From NCBI RefSeq assembly GCF_009914755.1, contig NC_060931.1: a DNA stretch of 64,000 nt, one strand, 5' to 3'. The translations under genes were made by a program, and so were the position numbers. Every line of letters starts with the position of its first letter. Within the stretch, counting starts at the first letter, position 1. The stretch is from the human T2T-CHM13v2.0 reference genome, Homo sapiens. Positions 12,701-25,200 of this stretch are shown here, one piece after another. The notes under the pieces are model-generated. The model saw only the letters and a program-made list of their open reading frames with translations, did not search any database and was not told the DNA's origin.

Positions 12701-15700
12701 AGACAGAATCATTCTCAGAAAATTCTTTGTGATGTGTGCGTTCAACTCACATAGTTTAACCTTTCTTTTCATAGAGCAGTTTGGAAACACTCTGTTTGTA
12801 AAGTCTGCAAGTGGATATATGGACCGCATTGAGGCCTTCGTTGGAAACGGGATTTCTTCATTTCATGCTAGACAGAAGAATTCTCAGTAACTTCTTTGTG
12901 CTGTGTGTATTCAACTCACAGAGTGGAACGTCCCTTTGCACAGAGCAGATTTGAAACACTCTTTTTGTGGAGTTTGCAAGTGGAGATTTCAAGCGATTTG
13001 ATGCCAACAGTAGAAAAGGAAATATCTTCAAATAAAAACTAGACAGAATCATTCTCAGAAACTACTTTGTGATGTGTGCCTTCAACTCACAGAGTTTAAC
13101 CTTTCTTTTCTTAGAGCAGTTTAGAAACACTCTGCTTGTTATGTCTGCAAGTGGATATTTGGACCTCTTTGAGGCCTTCGTTGCAAACGGGGTTTCTTCC
13201 TTTCATGCTAGACTAAGAAGAGTTCTCAGTAACTTTTTTGTGTTGTGTGTATTCAACTCACAGAGTTGAACCTTGCTTTAGAGAGAGCAGATTTGAAACA
13301 CTCTTGCTGTGGCATTTTCAGGTGGAGATTTCAAGCGATTTGAGGACAATTGCAGAAAAGGAAATATCTTCGTATAATAACCAGACAGAATCATTCTCAG
13401 AAAGTGCTTTGTGATGTGTGCGTTCAACTCACAGAGTTTAACCTTTCTTTTCATAGAGGAGTTTGGAAACACACTGTTTGTAAAGTCTGCAAGTGGATAC
13501 ATGGACCTGTTTGAGGCCTTCGTTGGAAACGGGATTTCTTCATTGAATGCTAGACGGAAGAATTCTCAGTAAATTCTTTGTGTTGTGTGCATTCAACTCA
13601 CAGAGTGGAACGTCCCTTTAGACAGAGCAGATTTGAAACACTCTTTTTGCGGAATTTGCAAGTGGAGATTTCTAGCCATTTGATGCCAACAGTAGAAAGG
13701 GAAATATCTTCAAATAAAAACCAGACAGAATCATTCTCAGAAAATTCTTTGTGATGTGTGCGTTCAACTCACATAGTTTAACCTTTCTTTTCATAGAGCA
13801 GTTTGGAAACACTCTGTTTGTAAAGTCTGCAAGTGGATATAGGGACCGCATTGAGGCCTTCGTTGGAAACGGGATTTCTTCATTTCATGCTAGACAGAAG
13901 AATTCTCAGTAACTTCTTTGTGCTGTGTGTATTCAACTCACAGAGTGGAACGTCCCTTTGCACAGAGCAGATTTGAAACACTCTTTTTGTGGAGTTTGCA
14001 AGTGGAGATTTCAAGCGATTTGATGCCAACAGTAGAAAAGGAAATATCTTCAAATAAAAACTAGACAGAATCATTCTCAGAAACTACTTTGTGATGTGTG
14101 CCTTCAACTCACAGAGTTCAACCTTTCTTTTCTTAGAGCAGTTTAGAAACACTCTGCTTGTTATGTCTGCAAGTGGATATTTGGACCTCTTTGAGGCCTT
14201 CGTTGCAAACGGGGTTTCTTCCTTTCATGCTAGACTAAGAAGAGTTCTCAGTAACTTTTTTGTGTTGTGTGTATTCAACTCACAGAGTTGAACCTTGCTT
14301 TAGAGAGAGCAGATTTGAAACACTCTTGCTGTGGCATTTTCAGGTGGAGATTTCAAGCGATTTGAGGACAATTGCAGAAAAGGAAATATCTTCGTATAAT
14401 AACCAGACAGAATCATTCTCAGAAAGTGCTTTGTGATGTGTGCGTTCAACTCACAGAGTTTAACCTTTCTTTTCATAGAGGAGTTTGGAAACACACTGTT
14501 TGTAAAGTCTGCAAGTGGATATATGGACCTGTTTGAGGCCTTCGTTGGAAACGGGATTTCTTCATTGAATGCTAGACGGAAGAATTCTCAGTAAATTCTT
14601 TGTGTTGTGTGCATTCAACTCACAGAGTGGAACGTCCCTTTAGACAGAGCAGATTTGAAACACTCTTTTTGCGGAATTTGCAAGTGGAGATTTCTAGCCA
14701 TTTGATGCCAACAGTAGAAAGGGAAATATCTTCAAATAAAAACCAGACAGAATCATTCTCAGAAAATTCTTTGTGATGTGTGCGTTCAACTCACATAGTT
14801 TAACCTTTCTTTTCATAGAGCAGTTTGGAAACACTCTGTTTGTAAAGTCTGCAAGTGGATATATGGACCGCATTGAGGCCTTCGTTGGAAACGGGATTTC
14901 TTCATTTCATGCTAGACAGAAGAATTCTCAGTAACTTCTTTGTGCTGTGTGTATTCAACTCACAGAGTGGAACGTCCCTTTGCACAGAGCAGATTTGAAA
15001 CACTCTTTTTGTGGAGTTTGCAAGTGGAGATTTCAAGCGATTTGATGCCAACAGTAGAAAAGGAAATATCTTCAAATAAAAACTAGACAGAATCATTCTC
15101 AGAAACTACTTTGTGATGTGTGCCTTCAACTCACAGAGTTCAACCTTTCTTTTCTTAGAGCAGTTTAGAAACACTCTGCTTGTTATGTCTGCAAGTGGAT
15201 ATTTGGACCTCTTTGAGGACTTCGTTGCAAACGGGGTTTCTTCCTTTCATGCTAGACTAAGAAGAGTTCTCAGTAACTTTTTTGTGTTGTGTGTATTCAA
15301 CTCACAGAGTTGAACCTTGCTTTAGAGAGAGCAGATTTGAAACACTCTTGCTGTGGCATTTTCAGGTGGAGATTTCAAGCGATTTGAGGACAATTGCAGA
15401 AAAGGAAATATCTTCGTATAATAACCAGACAGAATCATTCTCAGAAAGTGCTTTGTGATGTGTGCGTTCAACTCACAGAGTTTAACCTTTCTTTTCATAG
15501 AGGAGTTTGGAAACACACTGTTTGTAAAGTCTGCAAGTGGATATATGGACCTGTTTGAGGCCTTCGTTGGAAACGGGATTTCTTCATTGAATGCTAGACG
15601 GAAGAATTCTCAGTAAATTCTTTGTGTTGTGTGCATTCAACTCACAGAGTGGAACGTCCCTTTAGACAGAGCAGATTTGAAACACTCTTTTTGCGGAATT

Positions 15701-18700
15701 TGCAAGTGGAGATTTCTAGCCATTTGATGCCAACAGTAGAAAGGGAAATATCTTCAAATAAAAACCAGACAGAATCATTCTCAGAAAATTCTTTGTGATG
15801 TGTGCGTTCAACTCACATAGTTTAACCTTTCTTTTCATAGAGCAGTTTGGAAACACTCTGTTTGTAAAGTCTGCAAGTGGATATATGGACCGCATTGAGG
15901 CCTTCGTTGGAAACGGGATTTCTTCATTTCATGCTAGACAGAAGAATTCTCAGTAACTTCTTTGTGCTGTGTGTATTCAACTCACAGAGTGGAACGTCCC
16001 TTTGCACAGAGCAGATTTGAAACACTCTTTTTGTGGAGTTTGCAAGTGGAGATTTCAAGCGATTTGATGCCAACAGTAGAAAAGGAAATATCTTCAAATA
16101 AAAACTAGACAGAATCATTCTCAGAAACTACTTTGTGATGTGTGCCTTCAACTCACAGAGTTCAACCTTTCTTTTCTTAGAGCAGTTTAGAAACACTCTG
16201 CTTGTTATGTCTGCAAGTGGATATTTGGACCTCTTTGAGGCCTTCGTTGCAAACGGGGTTTCTTCCTTTCATGCTAGACTAAGAAGAGTTCTCAGTAACT
16301 TTTTTGTGTTGTGTGTATTCAACTCACAGAGTTGAACCTTGCTTTAGAGAGAGCAGATTTGAAACACTCTTGCTGTGGCATTTTCAGGTGGAGATTTCAA
16401 GCGATTTGAGGACAATTGCAGAAAAGGAAATATCTTCGTATAATAACCAGACAGAATCATTCTCAGAAAGTGCTTTGTGATGTGTGCGTTCAACTCACAG
16501 AGTTTAACCTTTCTTTTCATAGAGGAGTTTGGAAACACACTGTTTGTAAAGTCTGCAAGTGGATATATGGACCTGTTTGAGGCCTTCGTTGGAAACGGGA
16601 TTTCTTCATTGAATGCTAGACGGAAGAATTCTCAGTAAATTCTTTGTGTTGTGTGCATTCAACTCACAGAGTGGAACGTCCCTTTAGACAGAGCAGATTT
16701 GAAACACTCTTTTTGCGGAATTTGCAAGTGGAGATTTCTAGCCATTTGATGCCAACAGTAGAAAGGGAAATATCTTCAAATAAAAACCAGACAGAATCAT
16801 TCTCAGAAAATTCTTTGTGATGTGTGCGTTCAACTCACATAGTTTAACCTTTCTTTTCATAGAGCAGTTTGGAAACACTCTGTTTGTAAAGTCTGCAAGT
16901 GGATATATGGACCGCATTGAGGCCTTCGTTGGAAACGGGATTTCTTCATTTCATGCTAGACAGAAGAATTCTCAGTAACTTCTTTGTGCTGTGTGTATTC
17001 AACTCACAGAGTGGAACGTCCCTTTGCACAGAGCAGATTTGAAACACTCTTTTTGTGGAGTTTGCAAGTGGAGATTTCAAGCGATTTGATGCCAACAGTA
17101 GAAAAGGAAATATCTTCAAATAAAAACTAGACAGAATCATTCTCAGAAACTACTTTGTGATGTGTGCCTTCAACTCACAGAGTTTAACCTTTCTTTTCTT
17201 AGAGCAGTTTAGAAACACTCTGCTTGTTATGTCTGCAAGTGGATATTTGGACCTCTTTGAGGCCTTCGTTGCAAACGGGGTTTCTTCCTTTCATGCTAGA
17301 CTAAGAAGAGTTCTCAGTAACTTTTTTGTGTTGTGTGTATTCAACTCACAGAGTTGAACCTTGCTTTAGAGAGAGCAGATTTGAAACACTCTTGCTGTGG
17401 CATTTTCAGGTGGAGATTTCAAGCGATTTGAGGACAATTGCAGAAAAGGAAATATCTTCGTATAATAACCAGACAGAATCATTCTCAGAAAGTGCTTTGT
17501 GATGTGTGCGTTCAACTCACAGAGTTTAACCTTTCTTTTCATAGAGGAGTTTGGAAACACACTGTTTGTAAAGTCTGCAAGTGGATACATGGACCTGTTT
17601 GAGGCCTTCGTTGGAAACGGGATTTCTTCATTGAATGCTAGACGGAAGAATTCTCAGTAAATTCTTTGTGTTGTGTGCATTCAACTCACAGAGTGGAACG
17701 TCCCTTTAGACAGAGCAGATTTGAAACACTCTTTTTGCGGAATTTGCAAGTGGAGATTTCTAGCCATTTGATGCCAACAGTAGAAAGGGAAATATCTTCA
17801 AATAAAAACCAGACAGAATCATTCTCAGAAAATTCTTTGTGATGTGTGCGTTCAACTCACATAGTTTAACCTTTCTTTTCATAGAGCAGTTTGGAAACAC
17901 TCTGTTTGTAAAGTCTGCAAGTGGATATAGGGACCGCATTGAGGCCTTCGTTGGAAACGGGATTTCTTCATTTCATGCTAGACAGAAGAATTCTCAGTAA
18001 CTTCTTTGTGCTGTGTGTATTCAACTCACAGAGTGGAACGTCCCTTTGCACAGAGCAGATTTGAAACACTCTTTTTGTGGAGTTTGCAAGTGGAGATTTC
18101 AAGCGATTTGATGCCAACAGTAGAAAAGGAAATATCTTCAAATAAAAACTAGACAGAATCATTCTCAGAAACTACTTTGTGATGTGTGCCTTCAACTCAC
18201 AGAGTTCAACCTTTCTTTTCTTAGAGCAGTTTAGAAACACTCTGCTTGTTATGTCTGCAAGTGGATATTTGGACCTCTTTGAGGCCTTCGTTGCAAACGG
18301 GGTTTCTTCCTTTCATGCTAGACTAAGAAGAGTTCTCAGTAACTTTTTTGTGTTGTGTGTATTCAACTCACAGAGTTGAACCTTGCTTTAGAGAGAGCAG
18401 ATTTGAAACACTCTTGCTGTGGCATTTTCAGGTGGAGATTTCAAGCGATTTGAGGACAATTGCAGAAAAGGAAATATCTTCGTATAATAACCAGACAGAA
18501 TCATTCTCAGAAAGTGCTTTGTGATGTGTGCGTTCAACTCACAGAGTTTAACCTTTCTTTTCATAGAGGAGTTTGGAAACACACTGTTTGTAAAGTCTGC
18601 AAGTGGATATATGGACCTGTTTGAGGCCTTCGTTGGAAACGGGATTTCTTCATTGAATGCTAGACGGAAGAATTCTCAGTAAATTCTTTGTGTTGTGTGC

Positions 18701-19228
18701 ATTCAACTCACAGAGTGGAACGTCCCTTTAGACAGAGCAGATTTGAAACACTCTTTTTGCGGAATTTGCAAGTGGAGATTTCTAGCCATTTGATGCCAAC
18801 AGTAGAAAGGGAAATATCTTCAAATAAAAACCAGACAGAATCATTCTCAGAAAATTCTTTGTGATGTGTGCGTTCAACTCACATAGTTTAACCTTTCTTT
18901 TCATAGAGCAGTTTGGAAACACTCTGTTTGTAAAGTCTGCAAGTGGATATATGGACCGCATTGAGGCCTTCGTTGGAAACGGGATTTCTTCATTTCATGC
19001 TAGACAGAAGAATTCTCAGTAACTTCTTTGTGCTGTGTGTATTCAACTCACAGAGTGGAACGTCCCTTTGCACAGAGCAGATTTGAAACACTCTTTTTGT
19101 GGAGTTTGCAAGTGGAGATTTCAAGCGATTTGATGCCAACAGTAGAAAAGGAAATATCTTCAAATAAAAACTAGACAGAATCATTCTCAGAAACTACTTT
19201 GTGATGTGTGCCTTCAACTCACAGAGTT
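9755..19228 (+). repeat. Tandem duplication of a 4-HOR (4088-bp) block
   Basis: Private variants pair at 11131/15219 (C>A) and 13842/17930 (T>G), offset 4088; common alleles are also in phase (13097/17185, 13500/17588). Confidence 0.85.
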
Positions 19229-22200
19229 TAACCTTTCTTTTCTTAGAGCAGTTTAGAAACACTCTGCTTGTTATGTCTGCAAGTGGATATTTGGACCTCT
19301 TTGAGGCCTTCGTTGCAAACGGGGTTTCTTCCTTTCATGCTAGACTAAGAAGAGTTCTCAGTAACTTTTTTGTGTTGTGTGTATTCAACTCACAGAGTTG
19401 AACCTTGCTTTAGAGAGAGCAGATTTGAAACACTCTTGCTGTGGCATTTTCAGGTGGAGATTTCAAGCGATTTGAGGACAATTGCAGAAAAGGAAATATC
19501 TTCGTATAATAACCAGACATAATCATTCTCAGAAAGTGCTTTGTGATGTGTGCGTTCAACTCACAGAGTTTAACCTTTCTTTTCATAGAGGAGTTTGGAA
19601 ACACACTGTTTGTAAAGTCTGCAAGTGGATACATGGACCTGTTTGAGGCCTTCGTTGGAAACGGGATTTCTTCATTGAATGCTAGACGGAAGAATTCTCA
19701 GTAAATTCTTTGTGTTGTGTGCATTCAACTCACAGAGTGGAACGTCCCTTTAGACAGAGCAGATTTGAAACACTCTTTTTGCGGAATTTGCAAGTGGAGA
19801 TTTCTAGCCATTTGATGCCAACAGTAGAAAGGGAAATATCTTCAAATAAAAACCAGACAGAATCATTCTCAGAAAATTCTTTGTGATGTGTGCGTTCAAC
19901 TCACATAGTTTAACCTTTCTTTTCATAGAGCAGTTTGGAAACACTCTGTTTGTAAAGTCTGCAAGTGGATATATGGACCGCATTGAGGCCTTCGTTGGAA
20001 ACGGGATTTCTTCATTTCATGCTAGACAGAAGAATTCTCAGTAACTTCTTTGTGCTGTGTGTATTCAACTCACAGAGTGGAACGTCCCTTTGCACAGAGC
20101 AGATTTGAAACACTCTTTTTGTGGAGTTTGCAAGTGGAGATTTCAAGCGATTTGATGCCAACAGTAGAAAAGGAAATATCTTCAAATAAAAACTAGACAG
20201 AATCATTCTCAGAAACTACTTTGTGATGTGTGCCTTCAACTCACAGAGTTCAACCTTTCTTTTCTTAGAGCAGTTTAGAAACACTCTGCTTGTTATGTCT
20301 GCAAGTGGATATTTGGACCTCTTTGAGGCCTTCGTTGCAAACGGGGTTTCTTCCTTTCATGCTAGACTAAGAAGAGTTCTCAGTAACTTTTTTGTGTTGT
20401 GTGTATTCAACTCACAGAGTTGAACCTTGCTTTAGAGAGAGCAGATTTGAAACACTCTTGCTGTGGCATTTTCAGGTGGAGATTTCAAGCGATTTGAGGA
20501 CAATTGCAGAAAAGGAAATATCTTCGTATAATAACCAGACAGAATCATTCTCAGAAAGTGCTTTGTGATGTGTGCGTTCAACTCACAGAGTTTAACCTTT
20601 CTTTTCATAGAGGAGTTTGGAAACACACTGTTTGTAAAGTCTGCAAGTGGATATATGGACCTGTTTGAGGCCTTCGTTGGAAACGGGATTTCTTCATTGA
20701 ATGCTAGACGGAAGAATTCTCAGTAAATTCTTTGTGTTGTGTGCATTCAACTCACAGAGTGGAACGTCCCTTTAGACAGAGCAGATTTGAAACACTCTTT
20801 TTGCGGAATTTGCAAGTGGAGATTTCTAGCCATTTGATGCCAACAGTAGAAAGGGAAATATCTTCAAATAAAAACCAGACAGAATCATTCTCAGAAAATT
20901 CTTTGTGATGTGTGCGTTCAACTCACATAGTTTAACCTTTCTTTTCATAGAGCAGTTTGGAAACACTCTGTTTGTAAAGTCTGCAAGTGGATATATGGAC
21001 CGCATTGAGGCCTTCGTTGGAAACGGGATTTCTTCATTTCATGCTAGACAGAAGAATTCTCAGTAACTTCTTTGTGCTGTGTGTATTCAACTCACAGAGT
21101 GGAACGTCCCTTTGCACAGAGCAGATTTGAAACACTCTTTTTGTGGAGTTTGCAAGTGGAGATTTCAAGCGATTTGATGCCAACAGTAGAAAAGGAAATA
21201 TCTTCAAATAAAAACTAGACAGAATCATTCTCAGAAACTACTTTGTGATGTGTGCCTTCAACTCACAGAGTTCAACCTTTCTTTTCTTAGAGCAGTTTAG
21301 AAACACTCTGCTTGTTATGTCTGCAAGTGGATATTTGGACCTCTTTGAGGCCTTCGTTGCAAACGGGGTTTCTTCCTTTCATGCTAGACTAAGAAGAGTT
21401 CTCAGTAACTTTTTTGTGTTGTGTGTATTCAACTCACAGAGTTGAACCTTGCTTTAGAGAGAGCAGATTTGAAACACTCTTGCTGTGGCATTTTCAGGTG
21501 GAGATTTCAAGCGATTTGAGGACAATTGCAGAAAAGGAAATATCTTCGTATAATAACCAGACAGAATCATTCTCAGAAAGTGCTTTGTGATGTGTGCGTT
21601 CAACTCACAGAGTTTAACCTTTCTTTTCATAGAGGAGTTTGGAAACACACTGTTTGTAAAGTCTGCAAGTGGATACATGGACCTGTTTGAGGCCTTCGTT
21701 GGAAACGGGATTTCTTCATTGAATGCTAGACGGAAGAATTCTCAGTAAATTCTTTGTGTTGTGTGCATTCAACTCACAGAGTGGAACGTCCCTTTAGACA
21801 GAGCAGATTTGAAACACTCTTTTTGCGGAATTTGCAAGTGGAGATTTCTAGCCATTTGATGCCAACAGTAGAAAGGGAAATATCTTCAAATAAAAACCAG
21901 ACAGAATCATTCTCAGAAAATTCTTTGTGATGTGTGCGTTCAACTCACATAGTTTAACCTTTCTTTTCATAGAGCAGTTTGGAAACACTCTGTTTGTAAA
22001 GTCTGCAAGTGGATATATGGACCGCATTGAGGCCTTCGTTGGAAACGGGATTTCTTCATTTCATGCTAGACAGAAGAATTCTCAGTAACTTCTTTGTGCT
22101 GTGTGTATTCAACTCACAGAGTGGAACGTCCCTTTGCACAGAGCAGATTTGAAACACTCTTTTTGTGGAGTTTGCAAGTGGAGATTTCAAGCGATTTGAT

Positions 22201-25200
22201 GCCAACAGTAGAAAAGGAAATATCTTCAAATAAAAACTAGACAGAATCATTCTCAGAAACTACTTTGTGATGTGTGCCTTCAACTCAGAGTTCAACCTTT
22301 CTTTTCTTAGAGCAGTTTAGAAACACTCTGCTTGTTATGTCTGCAAGTGGATATTTGGACCTCTTTGAGGCCTTCGTTGCAAACGGGGTTTCTTCCTTTC
22401 ATGCTAGACTAAGAAGAGTTCTCAGTAACTTTTTTGTGTTGTGTGTATTCAACTCACAGAGTTGAACCTTGCTTTAGAGAGAGCAGATTTGAAACACTCT
22501 TGCTGTGGCATTTTCAGGTGGAGATTTCAAGCGATTTGAGGACAATTGCAGAAAAGGAAATATCTTCGTATAATAACCAGACAGAATCATTCTCAGAAAG
22601 TGCTTTGTGATGTGTGCGTTCAACTCACAGAGTTTAACCTTTCTTTTCATAGAGGAGTTTGGAAACACACTGTTTGTAAAGTCTGCAAGTGGATACATGG
22701 ACCTGTTTGAGGCCTTCGTTGGAAACGGGATTTCTTCATTGAATGCTAGACGGAAGAATTCTCAGTAAATTCTTTGTGTTGTGTGCATTGAACTCACAGA
22801 GTGGAACGTCCCTTTAGACAGAGCAGATTTGAAACACTCTTTTTGCGGAATTTGCAAGTGGAGATTTCTAGCCATTTGATGCCAACAGTAGAAAGGGAAA
22901 TATCTTCAAATAAAAACCAGACAGAATCATTCTCAGAAAATTCTTTGTGATGTGTGCGTTCAACTCACATAGTTTAACCTTTCTTTTCATAGAGCAGTTT
23001 GGAAACACTCTGTTTGTAAAGTCTGCAAGTGGATATATGGACCGCATTGAGGCCTTCGTTGGAAACGGGATTTCTTCATTTCATGCTAGACAGAAGAATT
23101 CTCAGTAACTTCTTTGTGCTGTGTGTATTCAACTCACAGAGTGGAACGTCCCTTTGCACAGAGGAGATTTGAAACACTCTTTTTGTGGAGTTTGCAAGTG
23201 GAGATTTCAAGCGATTTGATGCCAACAGTAGAAAAGGAAATATCTTCAAATAAAAACTAGACAGAATCATTCTCAGAAACTACTTTGTGATGTGTGCCTT
23301 CAACTCACAGAGTTAAACCTTTCTTTTCTTAGAGCAGTTTAGAAACACTCTGCTTGTTATGTCTGCAAGTGGATATTTGGACCTCTTTGAGGCCTTCGTT
23401 GCAAACGGGGTTTCTTCCTTTCATGCTAGACTAAGAAGAGTTCTCAGTAACTTTTTTGTGTTGTGTGTATTCAACTCACAGAGTTGAACCTTGCTTTAGA
23501 GAGAGCAGATTTGAAACACTCTTGCTGTGGCATTTTCAGGTGGAGATTTCAAGCGATTTGAGGACAATTGCAGAAAAGGAAATATCTTCGTATAATAACC
23601 AGACAGAATCATTCTCAGAAAGTGCTTTGTGATGTGTGCGTTCAACTCACAGAGTTTAACCTTTCTTTTCATAGAGGAGTTTGGAAACACACTGTTTGTA
23701 AAGTCTGCAAGTGGATACATGGACCTGTTTGAGGCCTTCGTTGGAAACGGGATTTCTTCATTGAATGCTAGACGGAAGAATTCTCAGTAAATTCTTTGTG
23801 TTGTGTGCATTCAACTCACAGAGTGGAACGTCCCTTTAGACAGAGCAGATTTGAAACACTCTTTTTGCGGAATTTGCAAGTGGAGATTTCTAGCCATTTG
23901 ATGCCAACAGTAGAAAGGGAAATATCTTCAAATAAAAACCAGACAGAATCATTCTCAGAAAATTCTTTGTGATGTGTGCGTTCAACTCACATAGTTTAAC
24001 CTTTCTTTTCATAGAGCAGTTTGGAAACACTCTGTTTGTAAAGTCTGCAAGTGGATATATGGACCGCATTGAGGCCTTCGTTGGAAACGGGATTTCTTCA
24101 TTTCATGCTAGACAGAAGAATTCTCAGTAACTTCTTTGTGCTGTGTGTATTCAACTCACAGAGTGGAACGTCCCTTTGCACAGAGCAGATTTGAAACACT
24201 CTTTTTGTGGAGTTTGCAAGTGGAGATTTCAAGCGATTTGATGCCAACAGTAGAAAAGGAAATATCTTCAAATAAAAACTAGACAGAATCATTCTCAGAA
24301 ACTACTTTGTGATGTGTGCCTTCAACTCAGAGTTCAACCTTTCTTTTCTTAGAGCAGTTTAGAAACACTCTGCTTGTTATGTCTGCAAGTGGATATTTGG
24401 ACCTCTTTGAGGCCTTCGTTGCAAACGGGGTTTCTTCCTTTCATGCTAGACTAAGAAGAGTTCTCAGTAACTTTTTTGTGTTGTGTGTATTCAACTCACA
24501 GAGTTGAACCTTGCTTTAGAGAGAGCAGATTTGAAACACTCTTGCTGTGGCATTTTCAGGTGGAGATTTCAAGCGATTTGAGGACAATTGCAGAAAAGGA
24601 AATATCTTCGTATAATAACCAGACAGAATCATTCTCAGAAAGTGCTTTGTGATGTGTGCGTTCAACTCACAGATTTTAACCTTTCTTTTCATAGAGGAGT
24701 TTGGAAACACACTGTTTGTAAAGTCTGCAAGTGGATAAATGGACCTGTTTGAGGCCTTCGTTGGAAACGGGATTTCTTCATTGAATGCTAGATGGAAGAA
24801 TTCTCAGTAAATTCTTTGTGTTGTGTGCATTCAACTCACAGAGTGGAACGTCCCTTTAGACAGAGCAGATTTGAAACACTCTTTTTGCGGAATTTGCAAG
24901 TGGAGATTTCTAGCCATTTGATGCCAACAGTAGAAAGGGAAATATCTTCAAATAAAAACCAGACAGAATCATTCTCAGAAAATTCTTTGTGATGTGTGCG
25001 TTCAACTCACATAGTTTAACCTTTCTTTTCATAGAGCAGTTTGGAAACACTCTGTTTGTAAAGTCTGCAAGTGGATATATGGACCGCATTGAGGCCTTCG
25101 TTGGAAACGGGATTTCTTCATTTCATGCTAGACAGAAGAATTCTCAGTAACTTCTTTGTGCTGTGTGTATTCAACTCACAGAGTGGAACGTCCCTTTGCA

